A program made the translations under genes and the position numbers. Below are positions 39,122 to 49,366 of a stretch of 64,000 nt of DNA, in pieces (within the stretch, counting starts at the first letter, position 1; each line of letters opens with the position of its first letter). Where the stretch lies: the IMG/VR virus record IMGVR_UViG_3300008117_000011, positions 1-64,000 of that record, one strand, 5' to 3'. The notes beneath the pieces are model-generated. The model was not told the origin of the DNA. It saw only the letters and a program-made list of their open reading frames with translations, and searched no databases.

Positions 39122-39712
39122 TTACATAAGATTTTTAATTCTTTGGATTTCTTCTTTTACGATTTCGTGACCTCCACCATCTAACTTATCTGTAAAACCC
39201 ATAAGTTTGTCAAATGCCGGATGAGACTGAATTGGTTCTTTCTTTTTATCTTTCATTTGATTCCAGGTAGATGGTTTTACCTTCATATGGTTTTTAACAA
39301 GATATTTGATTTCATCAACATCTGTTCCTTCAAACGAACTAATCCACTCTTTGAATTGGTCAACATAGTCTGCTGACTTATCTTCGTGTCCATATGCTGT
39401 TGGTTGTCCGGTCTTTGGATTAATTGCATAAACATCCATCTTTCCAAGGTCGTGAAACAATGCTGCCATAATCATATTGGGGTCATCTGGGTAATGATGA
39501 TAAGCTCTTTTTAAAACAATAATGATATGTTTTAATGTGTTTCCTTCCGGATGCCATTCAGGGTTTTGTTTTGCACTCCATTGTTTAAATAATAATTCTT
39601 TTAATTCTGGTGTTAGATTTTTAATTAACTCTTGTGGTGTTGCGTGAAGTTTCTCTTCAGATATAATATTCATCATATTTTTAATTGTTTCTATATTTTC
39701 TCTTAAATTCAT
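39122..39712 (-). CDS. HD-domain phosphohydrolase with leader motifs at both termini
   Basis: QNPEWHPEGNTLKH...AALFHDLGK...GHE...NHM. Confidence 0.8.
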   Translation of the reverse strand: MNLRENIETIKNMMNIISEEKLHATPQELIKNLTPELKELLFKQWSAKQNPEWHPEGNTLKHIIIVLKRAYHHYPDDPNMIMAALFHDLGKMDVYAINPKTGQPTAYGHEDKSADYVDQFKEWISSFEGTDVDEIKYLVKNHMKVKPSTWNQMKDKKKEPIQSHPAFDKLMGFTDKLDGGGHEIVKEEIQRIKNLM

Positions 39713-40647
39713 TTTTTAAATATAACTCTAAATTTAACAAATCCTAAATCACTATCAAGTCTTAATTGTCTAAATAATTCACGATAATTATCATTTAATA
39801 TATCTTGTATTTCATATGTAACTTCCCAGAAATAATCAGCCTCTTGAAATTCCGGATCTAATAAATTGTGAGTTCTATCATCATTAGTCATTATTAATTC
39901 AACAGTTCCTTCCTGGACCTCAAAAATAAAATCAAATCTTCTAACACCAACATCACTATAATCATTATCTTGAATGTCTATAATTTTACCAACAAAGTCA
40001 TAACCACCAGTATCATTTAACTCGTAGGTTGATATTTCTTTTCCTAAAGCAAATTGTTTTAATAGTTCTAATACCGATGTGTCTAATACTTTTGCTAAAT
40101 TAAAAATTCCATTAACTTTTCTTGCGGTTCGGATAAGACCTTCCTTATCAATTAAATCTTTTAATTTTTTTTTTAATGAAGTTTCTTCTTTAAGTATTTT
40201 TGAGATGTGTTCTTTTAAACTATAACTTTCTTTAATGTCTTTACCTAAAAGTACGGCCCAAACACGAAAAAGATCTTCGGAATCCTTTTGTAAAGTTCTA
40301 TTAAAGTTGGCCATATATTTTCTATCAAACTCATCATAATCATCGGTTTCTTCATCGCCGGTATTTTCATTGGCCTTTGATATTTTCATTTGGACTCCAA
40401 CTTTCATAAGTCTTTCCATATTATCGGCCATATCTAGTAACTCTTCAAAATTTTCCTTATCTGGAATATGTTTATACTTAAATTCGTGTTCCAGTCTTTC
40501 TCTTCCGATATAAAGAAATGATGGTGCCTGCCACATATTAATAATCCCAGAATCTCTTAATACTTTAAAAAATTGTGATACCTTTTTAAAATTATAAAAT
40601 TTATTTAAGGTTGTCATTTTTTTTCTTGCCTCTGTTTTTGCATCCAT
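39709..40647 (-). CDS. Two-module fusion protein
   Basis: LRDSGIINMW module, internal LKEHISKILKEETS, then a 34142-like module. Confidence 0.75.
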   Translation of the reverse strand: MDAKTEARKKMTTLNKFYNFKKVSQFFKVLRDSGIINMWQAPSFLYIGRERLEHEFKYKHIPDKENFEELLDMADNMERLMKVGVQMKISKANENTGDEETDDYDEFDRKYMANFNRTLQKDSEDLFRVWAVLLGKDIKESYSLKEHISKILKEETSLKKKLKDLIDKEGLIRTARKVNGIFNLAKVLDTSVLELLKQFALGKEISTYELNDTGGYDFVGKIIDIQDNDYSDVGVRRFDFIFEVQEGTVELIMTNDDRTHNLLDPEFQEADYFWEVTYEIQDILNDNYRELFRQLRLDSDLGFVKFRVIFKK

Positions 40648-40683
40648 ACTAAATAAATATCAATTACAACGTAAATTATCATT

Positions 40684-40712
40684 TTGACAATAAGGATTAA
40701 TATTCCTATAAT
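40684..40712 (+). promoter_or_regulatory. Perfect TTGACA-N17-TATAAT promoter, overlapping a TAATTTTG element
   Basis: Read directly upstream of 40719. Confidence 0.6.
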
Positions 40713-40718
40713 TTTGTT

Positions 40719-41048
40719 ATGTCAAATTTAATAAATAATACGATTATGGAAGAAGAAAAGAAATCAGTTGTTGAAAAACTGAAGGTTATTGGGAAAAAAG
40801 TTGGTATAATTACCACACTTTGTGTTACTGTGTTAGGAGCCTTTTCTCTTGGGTATATCTATAGTAGAAGTACAACAAAAATAAAACCAATTGTTGTAAA
40901 TCATATTGATAATTCAGATGTCAATTTAGCTTTAGATCAAAATAATCATCTTATGGTTATTGATAAAAAAACTGGGAATTACACAATATATGATGATTCT
41001 GTTGGTGTTACAATTTTTAATATTTACGCAAGAAATCTAAGTCATTAA
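40719..41048 (+). CDS. Single-TM membrane protein
   Basis: One TM segment; start may be 40746. Confidence 0.75.
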   Translation: MSNLINNTIMEEEKKSVVEKLKVIGKKVGIITTLCVTVLGAFSLGYIYSRSTTKIKPIVVNHIDNSDVNLALDQNNHLMVIDKKTGNYTIYDDSVGVTIFNIYARNLSH

Positions 41049-41050
41049 TT

Positions 41051-41599
41051 ATGAAACCTAAATTTTATATATTGTTTTGTTATTTTACTATTGTGTTTGG
41101 TTTAGGTCTGTACGCATTTACTTTAAGTAAACAAGAAAGAGTACGTAAAATAGAATTGTCATATTGTTCAATGTATGATACAAGAACGCCAACATCTCTT
41201 AAAATGTACGCCTTAATTGAAAAGTACTCTTCAGAATATAATATACCAAAATATGTTGCTTATAACGTTGCGTACCGGGAAACAAGGTATATGGGTCCGT
41301 TCCATTGGAGATATAATCCCTATCAAACGTCTTGTGCCGGCGCTGAAGGGCCAATGCAGATTATGATTAAAACTTGTAATGGGTTAAATAAGTCAAGATA
41401 TTCAAAGAAGGAACTTAGAAGAAACCTTGAGTTAAATGTACGTACAAGTATGAAACTTCTTAATCGTTTACATAAAAAATATAAAAACTGGTCGGTTGTA
41501 TGTGGTTGGTACAATACCGGTAGACCTATTGTGAATGAGTATGGTAAGTACTGTGGTACAAATCTAAATTATAAAACCAAGTGGATTCAATTAGATTGA
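41051..41599 (+). CDS. Membrane-anchored lytic transglycosylase (SLT family)
   Basis: N-terminal TM; VAYRET (catalytic E), GAEGPMQI, GWYNTG. Confidence 0.8.
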   Translation: MKPKFYILFCYFTIVFGLGLYAFTLSKQERVRKIELSYCSMYDTRTPTSLKMYALIEKYSSEYNIPKYVAYNVAYRETRYMGPFHWRYNPYQTSCAGAEGPMQIMIKTCNGLNKSRYSKKELRRNLELNVRTSMKLLNRLHKKYKNWSVVCGWYNTGRPIVNEYGKYCGTNLNYKTKWIQLD

Positions 41600-44094
41600 T
41601 TCCCTCTATATATAACAATGTTGGCCCTAGTAATTCTTTTATTGGGTCCGACATTGTATCCTTTTTCTTTAAACTCCTCATTAAAGAATTCTCTAAAAGC
41701 TTCCTTAAATATATCCCCAATCCATCCTCTTGTTCTAATTTTACTCTCAGCTAAATCCATTATTTTAAAATCATAAGCCAGAGAGTTATTTTTAACATCA
41801 TAATATCCTAAACAATTCTCACCCTTATTATCCCCAAAAATAAAAAGTTTTGTCTTTGAGTCATTATAAGAATAAGATTTAAGTTCTTTTTTTAAAATCT
41901 TCTTAATTGCATTTTTTAATATTCTTTCACTTTTTTCTTCATTCTCATTAAGACCTCTTTTCTTTCTTCCCTGACAATGCGCTCTTTGTGAAAACCCTTG
42001 TGGATTATTACAATCAATACTTCTTTTATATTTTTCAGACCACTTTTCATTAACCTCTTTTTGGTTTGCAATTTTTCTGATACTTACAATTTTAACACCC
42101 TCACCTTTATTTTTAAGTGTGACCTCGTTTTCATTTGGGTAAAGTAAATTGTTATATATTGTTTGGTCAATATCCACCAATTCTTTTGGCGCAAGAACTG
42201 TGATCATAAATGAATTATCTCCAATACCATCAGCAAATGAGTGACTATCTAACAAATCTTTTTTGTTTTTTGCATAGTGATCTCCGGGTTTATCCGTATC
42301 AATATCTTTTCTATCGTCCGCTTTTATTATTCTAAATAATTTAATTTCTTCAGGTAGATTCTTAATTGATTTAATAATATATTCAATTTCTTCTTTTGAT
42401 TCTTCTTCAGAATAGCCCATATGTTTTTTACCTTGGTCTATTAAACTTTTCAATTGTTTTTTTGATAAGTTGAGTGGATCTTTTACTTCGGAAATAACTT
42501 TTTTTTTTCTTAACGATTCTGTAATCGTATTTTGTTTTTCAATTTCATCATTTAATACTCTTACAAATTCTCTTTGTATAGCTTTTGTTAGTTCAACATA
42601 AGTTCTAATTTCAGGTTCCTTTTCTTCACCCTCGGATCCAATTGATTGATTTTCTTTTTCAATAATTTTCATCGCAGCTTCAATTTGTTTATCTGACAAC
42701 GAACCAAATTTATTGTATTTGTATTGTAAATCATTTACAAATTTATTTGTCCCTAAATAATTTAAAATTGGTTTTACCTCATCTGGGGTATTCATTTCAA
42801 ATTTTACTGGGTTATTACGATACAAATATGAAAGACCTGAAATGTTTGTAATACATTTGTGACCACCGGAGTTTGCTTGAACTATATCCCAACCATTAAT
42901 AGATATTTTATTTAAAAGTTCTTTTTGTTTATCAGATAATGTTCTATATAGTTTTGTTGAGATGTTCTCAATAATTCTTAAAATATTTTCGTTCACACCT
43001 TTAGTACTAAAAGATTCTCTATTTCCATAAAGGGCCACAAAATCTTTATAGGTAAAACCAACAGAAGAATAATCTGTTTTAAATTCTGACAATTTTTTAA
43101 TCTCACCAAATGTAATCTTCATATCTTTAAGTAAAGTTTCAAATTTACTTAATACAACATCTTTCATTTTACCTAAATCAACCCCTTTAAGTGCTCTATC
43201 TTCTTTGAATGGGTTACAAGAAGCTTGGACTAGACCTAGTGGCCAAGCAATAACAATAAAGTCAGCATCTGGATTATTTTTAAATGGTGTGTATCTATCA
43301 TATGACCCAGGTTCTCTCATATTACCACCACCATATTGCACGATGATATTACCAAGCCTTTTTACTTCACCACTTTGTTTTTGTTTTTCAATATATGCTT
43401 CTTGGTTTTTTGTAAGTTCATCAGTATTAGCATAACCCTTATCTTTAATTTGTTTTTTAATATTATTTAAAATACTTAAAAGTGATGGTTGTGCATTCAT
43501 TACAATGTAATCTAGAAACCCCGGTTTGTTTTTAAATGCTAAAAGCAATTTATTTGCAACAAGACCCATCTTAATTTTATTTGCTCTTGACGTATCACTT
43601 GGGTCAAACTTGAATAGGTAGTTCATAACCATTTCTGGTGTAATCTTATTTACAGCAAAGTTTGCTGAGTCAACAATTGATATTAACTGAACATCTTCAT
43701 CCGGAAATATTAATGATGGTGATACAACTTGTGAAATAGTTTCAACGTTTGATCTTGATGGTCTAAAGTTTGTTGATGTTCCAGCTTCAACACCGGCTTG
43801 TGTGTCGTGATGATCTGTATGGATTTCAAACATTGGTTTTCCGTGGGCAAAGTCAACAAGTACTGGCATAACTTCTCCGTGAGCATCCGCTTTCTTAATT
43901 GACCATTCTTTATCACCATATTGGATTAATTCTGCGTCAACAACTTTGATTCCGTATTTTTCTAAATAGTTTTTCATTGCTAGGGCTGTAGTAACCCCAT
44001 CAAGATCCATATGATAATATATCTTAGCTTTCTTATATCTTTGTGCTAATTTATTTATATTTCTGATTCCAGATTCTTTTAAAATAGATTTCAT
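41587..44094 (-). CDS. DHH-family phosphoesterase-like polyprotein with appended modules
   Basis: HMDLDG, LVDF, HTDHH, GGH motifs; later modules follow ITES/ISE/VNE/LNE (e.g. KWSEKYKRSIDCNNPQGFSQRAHCQGRKK). Confidence 0.75.
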   Translation of the reverse strand: MKSILKESGIRNINKLAQRYKKAKIYYHMDLDGVTTALAMKNYLEKYGIKVVDAELIQYGDKEWSIKKADAHGEVMPVLVDFAHGKPMFEIHTDHHDTQAGVEAGTSTNFRPSRSNVETISQVVSPSLIFPDEDVQLISIVDSANFAVNKITPEMVMNYLFKFDPSDTSRANKIKMGLVANKLLLAFKNKPGFLDYIVMNAQPSLLSILNNIKKQIKDKGYANTDELTKNQEAYIEKQKQSGEVKRLGNIIVQYGGGNMREPGSYDRYTPFKNNPDADFIVIAWPLGLVQASCNPFKEDRALKGVDLGKMKDVVLSKFETLLKDMKITFGEIKKLSEFKTDYSSVGFTYKDFVALYGNRESFSTKGVNENILRIIENISTKLYRTLSDKQKELLNKISINGWDIVQANSGGHKCITNISGLSYLYRNNPVKFEMNTPDEVKPILNYLGTNKFVNDLQYKYNKFGSLSDKQIEAAMKIIEKENQSIGSEGEEKEPEIRTYVELTKAIQREFVRVLNDEIEKQNTITESLRKKKVISEVKDPLNLSKKQLKSLIDQGKKHMGYSEEESKEEIEYIIKSIKNLPEEIKLFRIIKADDRKDIDTDKPGDHYAKNKKDLLDSHSFADGIGDNSFMITVLAPKELVDIDQTIYNNLLYPNENEVTLKNKGEGVKIVSIRKIANQKEVNEKWSEKYKRSIDCNNPQGFSQRAHCQGRKKRGLNENEEKSERILKNAIKKILKKELKSYSYNDSKTKLFIFGDNKGENCLGYYDVKNNSLAYDFKIMDLAESKIRTRGWIGDIFKEAFREFFNEEFKEKGYNVGPNKRITRANIVIYRGNQSN

Positions 44095-44140
44095 AATAAT
44101 AAATAGTTGTAAATAAAATAAAAATGAAGTATATTTGGGT

Positions 44141-44464
44141 ATGATTGATTATAAAACGGAAAAACTACTTTTAAAATTTTTAAATCATAGTAGTGGTGGA
44201 AATATTGTGAGTATTCTTGGTTACACCCAAAAGCTTGAGTCTAGTGTATTAAACCTAGATGTATTTGAATTCCAAACAGCAAAAACATTTGTACCAAAAG
44301 TTGATAAAGTATTACAAATTAGATGTAATTGTAGGGATAATTTACATTTTAATGGAATGAATAATCTTTCACAAAGAACCTATCTAACTTTTAAAGATGT
44401 CTTAAAGGATTTTAGTAAAATAGAAATAGAATATAACTACTCTATGTATTGTTGTCGTGATTAA
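44141..44464 (+). CDS. Hypothetical protein
   Basis: TATATTTG-GGT-ATG; no leader. Confidence 0.6.
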   Translation: MIDYKTEKLLLKFLNHSSGGNIVSILGYTQKLESSVLNLDVFEFQTAKTFVPKVDKVLQIRCNCRDNLHFNGMNNLSQRTYLTFKDVLKDFSKIEIEYNYSMYCCRD

Positions 44465-44658
44465 GCTTTAAGATACTCCTTCCAGAACTTTAATAGTTCT
44501 TTATCGTTATATCTTTGTTCATCACTATCCCAACCACACATATGACAAAGGTTTGGGTGTTTGTCATCCTTTTCTTTTTTCCAGGAATGACCACACTTAC
44601 AACTTATTTTTTCTTCAAATAGTAATCTACTTTGTCTTTCTGTTATTATTATTTTCAT
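44461..44658 (-). CDS. Leader-tagged zinc-ribbon protein
   Basis: MKIIITERQ; CKCGH...CHMCG. Confidence 0.75.
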   Translation of the reverse strand: MKIIITERQSRLLFEEKISCKCGHSWKKEKDDKHPNLCHMCGWDSDEQRYNDKELLKFWKEYLKA

Positions 44659-45048
44659 TTACCAATTTCTATTTGTATTTGTATTCCATTCCTCGTGTGA
44701 GTTAATTATTAAATCCATTTTGTACTTTTGAAATACTCTGTAATTTATAACGTGTCTTAAACTTTCATAGTCTCTACTTTCAAAAATACTATAATAGTAT
44801 ATGTCAACCCAGACTCTAAACCTTGGGTAATTTTTACCTTGAAGGTTTGGTGTTGTTTCAACCTTTTCAATTTCAACTACTTTAATTTTTTCTAGACTCT
44901 CAACAAGGTCGCAATCATACCAGCTAAACCAATCACCATCCCCACCATCATTAAGTTTTTCACATTCGTTTTTCAATTCCTTTATGGTTTCCTGAATTGC
45001 ACGATTGATAAAATTATCTTGCTGTGATTCTGTTATTATAAATTTCAT
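44659..45048 (-). CDS. Leader-tagged protein, paralogue of 36037
   Basis: MKFIITESQ. Confidence 0.75.
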   Translation of the reverse strand: MKFIITESQQDNFINRAIQETIKELKNECEKLNDGGDGDWFSWYDCDLVESLEKIKVVEIEKVETTPNLQGKNYPRFRVWVDIYYYSIFESRDYESLRHVINYRVFQKYKMDLIINSHEEWNTNTNRNW

Positions 45049-45917
45049 TTAAACTTAATTTCTTCTGGTTTAATTGGCCCTGACTTAAATATAACTTTAT
45101 CATATGTAAATCCTTTTTTTGATTTGATTCCGGTTGTTATTTTCAAATCAGAATCATTTTCAAATATGTAATAAATACCTTTTGTTTTGTTTACAAAAAT
45201 TAAATAATCAACATCGTCTAAATTATATCCAGAAGCTGGATACTTTTGTGTTAAAACATCAAAAGATGTCTTGTTACCATTTAAAAACAAAAGTTGTTTA
45301 ACCTGAAATGTTGCTTTTGTATCTCCTTTTGTTAATATAAAATCAACACCTTGTTTTGCATCACTTTTAGATCCTGGACAAAAATTAATATTACCGGGTA
45401 ATTTAAGTGCGTTGATTAAAGTATCAAATACCGATTTTTCTGATTCAAAACCAAATCTGATTTTTTTTAAATTTTCAATTGCAAGGTTTTCAATCTTATC
45501 TGTATGTAGATTGTTCTTTATGTATTCTTTTACGTATTCAATAAAATTATCAACTGTTTCATCAACTGTTGTTTCAGCTCTAAATGATTTTAAAAGAGAA
45601 TCAAGTACTACACCACTTGTTATAAAGAAATTTATAACAGACCAGTTTGAGTTTGGGACATTCATTTTTTGACTATAATCAGTAAATGTATGTACACCAA
45701 TAACTCCATTAAGTGTATAACAATCAATTGCCGGATTATCAGCGGTTCCCCAATTTCCAAGTGGTATAAAAATTTCCTTAAGTACTCCTAAGAACTTGGA
45801 TTTAAAATCTTTGTTATTTTTTAATGAATCTGAAGTTAATACATTTCTAATTAACTCTTCTTCTTTTATAATTCCCATCAATTTTTTTATTCTACTATTT
45901 TCAACTATACTAGTCAT
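45045..45917 (-). CDS. PD-(D/E)xK nuclease-like protein
   Basis: E...GSKSDAKQGVDFI...FQVK; leader-like ENSRIKKLMGIIKEE; start re-called. Confidence 0.5.
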   Translation of the reverse strand: MTSIVENSRIKKLMGIIKEEELIRNVLTSDSLKNNKDFKSKFLGVLKEIFIPLGNWGTADNPAIDCYTLNGVIGVHTFTDYSQKMNVPNSNWSVINFFITSGVVLDSLLKSFRAETTVDETVDNFIEYVKEYIKNNLHTDKIENLAIENLKKIRFGFESEKSVFDTLINALKLPGNINFCPGSKSDAKQGVDFILTKGDTKATFQVKQLLFLNGNKTSFDVLTQKYPASGYNLDDVDYLIFVNKTKGIYYIFENDSDLKITTGIKSKKGFTYDKVIFKSGPIKPEEIKFK

Positions 45918-46611
45918 ATTTTTCCATATATTTACTATCAATTATGATTGTCTTTGCTTTTTTAGTTACAAGATTTATTTGATCAAGAACAATTCTGTTG
46001 TTACCATCTCTATTTAAAACTAAAGTCCCAGAACCACCCGGTTCGTTATGAATATTTAAATCAATAACTTCCTTTGCCACATTTAATACCCAATTATGAA
46101 ATGATGTTTCACCAAAAAACATTTCATAATATGATCTAACATTCATAATAGATTTGTTTGTTGATGTACTAACCTCATCTACTATAAAATCACCATACCC
46201 ATAAGTAAAATCAATAAGTAATGTATCATAACTTTTTATATAATTAAATAATCGTTCAGATGTGTTATCCGTGTATTGAAATTCTGTTGTCTTTTCTTTA
46301 TTTTCTCGTGCGTCATATTTTGCAACTAAAATTATTTGTCTTTTTTGTGGGTCTATTGTCACATCACACCACCAGGTATTATCCCAATATTCTACTTCCT
46401 CGGTAAACATTTCACTTCCGTGATCTTCTACTAATTTTATTATAAAATCTTCAAAGTAATCTAAAATAGGAACTTTAAATCCTTTTTCAGACCAAAATGC
46501 TGATGGAACATATTCAATTCTTTCAGAATACATATCAATATTAACCCCAATAGGTCCAATTGGATTAAGATATGCCATAAGTGCTTTAAATGTATTTTTA
46601 TAATTCATCAT
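45910..46611 (-). CDS. Tandem-array paralogue 6 (DUF6878-like, most diverged)
   Basis: FKALMAYL N-terminus; FTYGYGD; PGGSGTL. Confidence 0.65.
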   Translation of the reverse strand: MMNYKNTFKALMAYLNPIGPIGVNIDMYSERIEYVPSAFWSEKGFKVPILDYFEDFIIKLVEDHGSEMFTEEVEYWDNTWWCDVTIDPQKRQIILVAKYDARENKEKTTEFQYTDNTSERLFNYIKSYDTLLIDFTYGYGDFIVDEVSTSTNKSIMNVRSYYEMFFGETSFHNWVLNVAKEVIDLNIHNEPGGSGTLVLNRDGNNRIVLDQINLVTKKAKTIIIDSKYMEKYD

Positions 46612-47308
46612 TAAAATTATCTAGTGTTATTTGAATATTCATATCTGTAGGTTGATATTCTTCTTCAAATTCATATCCATCAATTAATACTTTACCATTT
46701 GCGTAAACAATAATTCTACCTTTAAAACCATTTTCACCATTCCAATAAAGATTTACATTACGTTTCATAATATCGTTTACAATGACCCAGTATCTATCTT
46801 CATCTTCACTATCAATTCTTGCGTCTATATCGTTTACATAAGCTTCAAATACTTCACCGTCATCCCATCTTCCATAAAAATGTAATTCAAGTTTTTTAAT
46901 AATATCATCTTCAAATATGTCATAAATAATTTCTTTTGTTCTTGTAGTAATATCATCAAGATTTACCATTTCCTTTTTTTTAATTGATATTTCTTGCTTA
47001 CACTCACTTGTAAAAACAATTCTATTTTCAAAAGGATATATTAAAGCGTATAAATACCAAAGTTCACTATATTCATAATCGTTATATTTTCTAAATTCTG
47101 GTGTAATTTTATTTAGTATTTCACTAAAAATTGAGATAATTGTGTCCGGAGGAGTTACAAGTGATTTTTGTCCGTCACTTTTTCTAAAGTAAAAATGCTT
47201 GTTCCAGTCTGGTTCAATTGTGTTTACATCAAATGGAATATCTGTGTCTACAGTTTTTACTTTTAGACCTTTAAAATACGAAAAAAACATTTTTAATTTA
47301 TTCTTCAT
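46598..47308 (-). CDS. Tandem-array paralogue 5 (DUF6878-like)
   Basis: MKNKLKMFFSYFKG; FYGRWDDGEV; YWNGENGFKG. Confidence 0.7.
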   Translation of the reverse strand: MKNKLKMFFSYFKGLKVKTVDTDIPFDVNTIEPDWNKHFYFRKSDGQKSLVTPPDTIISIFSEILNKITPEFRKYNDYEYSELWYLYALIYPFENRIVFTSECKQEISIKKKEMVNLDDITTRTKEIIYDIFEDDIIKKLELHFYGRWDDGEVFEAYVNDIDARIDSEDEDRYWVIVNDIMKRNVNLYWNGENGFKGRIIVYANGKVLIDGYEFEEEYQPTDMNIQITLDNFNDEL

Positions 47309-47993
47309 CTTCTTGTTTTAAATTATCTAGTGTAACTACAATGTCTAAACTTTCGGTAACATCATCATTTGTATTCCATTCGTGCATAACTTCAATATGG
47401 TTTCTTGTAACTTCAATTGTTCCTTGGGATCCTTCATTTATCTCCCAACCACCAAAATCTTCAAGTAACTGATAACAAATATTTTCAATTTCTCTAGTTA
47501 TTGTTCCAGATTTTTTTCTTGAAGAATAACTATCGTGAACTTGTCCACTATCGCCACCACCATCGTAAGTTATTTCAAGTGAATCAATTCCTTCTTTATC
47601 TAAAAATTTATCAAATTCTTCAAAATACTGAGAAACACTTTCACCATCTTCATCCCTATCATAATATATTCCAGAATCTTCTGTTCCATACTGAGTAAAA
47701 TCTGTACTTTCAAAAACTAATCTATCTGGATATATTGTCCCATCAACAGTAAAGTAATCACTTCCATCACCATAACTTCCAAGCCCACCATCATATAAAT
47801 CTTCAGCGTACAATTCAGCGATATCATAAAATATTTGCTCCATATTTGATGACATCTGAAATCCTGGGTTTTTTGCACAAGTAAAATCTATATAATCAAT
47901 TGAATCTCCATCATTATAAAATTGTATTGTAAAATCAATGTTACAATTTAGACCTCTAACATACCCTAAAAGGGCTTTAAATTTTTTATTCAT
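47298..47993 (-). CDS. Tandem-array paralogue 4 (DUF6878-like, intact motifs)
   Basis: YDGGGDSGQV...FGGWEINEGSQGTI. Confidence 0.75.
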   Translation of the reverse strand: MNKKFKALLGYVRGLNCNIDFTIQFYNDGDSIDYIDFTCAKNPGFQMSSNMEQIFYDIAELYAEDLYDGGLGSYGDGSDYFTVDGTIYPDRLVFESTDFTQYGTEDSGIYYDRDEDGESVSQYFEEFDKFLDKEGIDSLEITYDGGGDSGQVHDSYSSRKKSGTITREIENICYQLLEDFGGWEINEGSQGTIEVTRNHIEVMHEWNTNDDVTESLDIVVTLDNLKQEDEE

Positions 47994-48681
47994 AATCTTC
48001 TATATTATTTGGTGTTAATTCTATTCTCATATTACTCGGAAGTAATCTTTCTTGATGGTGTTTGTAGCTTACTTCTATTTTATTCTTTTCTATTCTCACG
48101 CTACCACTAACTCCGTCAATTCCCCATTCAATAGATTGATCTACAACATCCATAATGTTTTGAGCTATATCATAATATTTCTCTTCAATATTTGAGTCTA
48201 ATTCATAAATGTTTTTTTCATCACCATTTATATTCAAATTTGTAACTTCACCTTCATCTACACCCATCCAAAAATCAATTTCAATAAAATTATTATCGTC
48301 TTTTATATGTTTTTCTAATTCAACAATAGCCCAATCCTGCAATCTTTTTAAATATGTTTTTTTTTCTTTTTTTTCTGTAAATTTTTGATAGTCTTTGGCG
48401 GTAACAATTATTTGATTATCAAATGGTCTAATAGTAATACTTAAAATCCAATAATCAGAATACTCCCTTGAAACATTGTCTAAAATTTCTCTTTTTAATT
48501 TTCTACTAAAAAGTGATTTTATTGCATTGTTAATTGTTAAATTCGTATTCGTTTCTTTACCATCAATCATACAAAGTCCGTCATCATTAAATTCCCAATC
48601 AACCATATCAAATTCTATATCGGCTCGTGGTTTATTAAAACCCCTAAAATAGGCTAATATCATTTTTAATTTATTTTTCAT
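47986..48681 (-). CDS. Tandem-array paralogue 3 (DUF6878-like)
   Basis: MKNKLKMILAYFRG; FWMGVDEGEV; WGIDGVSG. Confidence 0.7.
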   Translation of the reverse strand: MKNKLKMILAYFRGFNKPRADIEFDMVDWEFNDDGLCMIDGKETNTNLTINNAIKSLFSRKLKREILDNVSREYSDYWILSITIRPFDNQIIVTAKDYQKFTEKKEKKTYLKRLQDWAIVELEKHIKDDNNFIEIDFWMGVDEGEVTNLNINGDEKNIYELDSNIEEKYYDIAQNIMDVVDQSIEWGIDGVSGSVRIEKNKIEVSYKHHQERLLPSNMRIELTPNNIEDYE

Positions 48682-49366
48682 CCGTATCATCAAAAAAATC
48701 TGGCGTTATTGTAATGTCCATATCTGTATTGCCCCATTCAACAAGTCTGTTCTCAAGGTCAAGGAAAATATCATCACCCCATATTGTGATATCTCCAGTA
48801 AAACCACCATCATCGGTCCAGTATTTTCCATAATTTTTTGACATTAACTCGTATGTTACATCGTGAAATAACATATCAAGTTCATTTGTTGTTTTAATAA
48901 ACTTGTCATCAAAAAGAATATTAAAAATTTCAACATCCCAAATACCTCTAAAATCAAACTGAATTTTTGTTAAATTATTTTCTTCTTCAATTTCGGTTAT
49001 CTTATCCTGGAATTCTTCAGATAAATCAGAAAACTCCATTTGTAGTTGTTCTGGAACTGAATTTGCGTATTTGCACTCACTTGTAAAATGTATCTCATTT
49101 TCAAATGGATAAATACTAACTTCTAATGACCACCAATCATCTTCGTTATAATCATTATAATGATGAAATGTTGGCATAAGTTTTTTAATAACCTCTTCTA
49201 TAATATCACGAATTGGTTTTGCCGGTTCTATAAACTTTCTAGTACCACCTAAAGATATATCACTAAACTCTTCAATTGTGTTATAACCAAAAGTTACGTT
49301 GAAAAACAACTCCTCTTGTTTAAACCCTCTAAAATATGCAAAAAGTGCTTTTAATTTATTTTTCAT
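48671..49366 (-). CDS. Tandem-array paralogue 2 (DUF6878-like)
   Basis: MKNKLKALFAYFRG; FRGIWD; YWTDDGGFTG. Confidence 0.7.
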   Translation of the reverse strand: MKNKLKALFAYFRGFKQEELFFNVTFGYNTIEEFSDISLGGTRKFIEPAKPIRDIIEEVIKKLMPTFHHYNDYNEDDWWSLEVSIYPFENEIHFTSECKYANSVPEQLQMEFSDLSEEFQDKITEIEEENNLTKIQFDFRGIWDVEIFNILFDDKFIKTTNELDMLFHDVTYELMSKNYGKYWTDDGGFTGDITIWGDDIFLDLENRLVEWGNTDMDITITPDFFDDTDEK

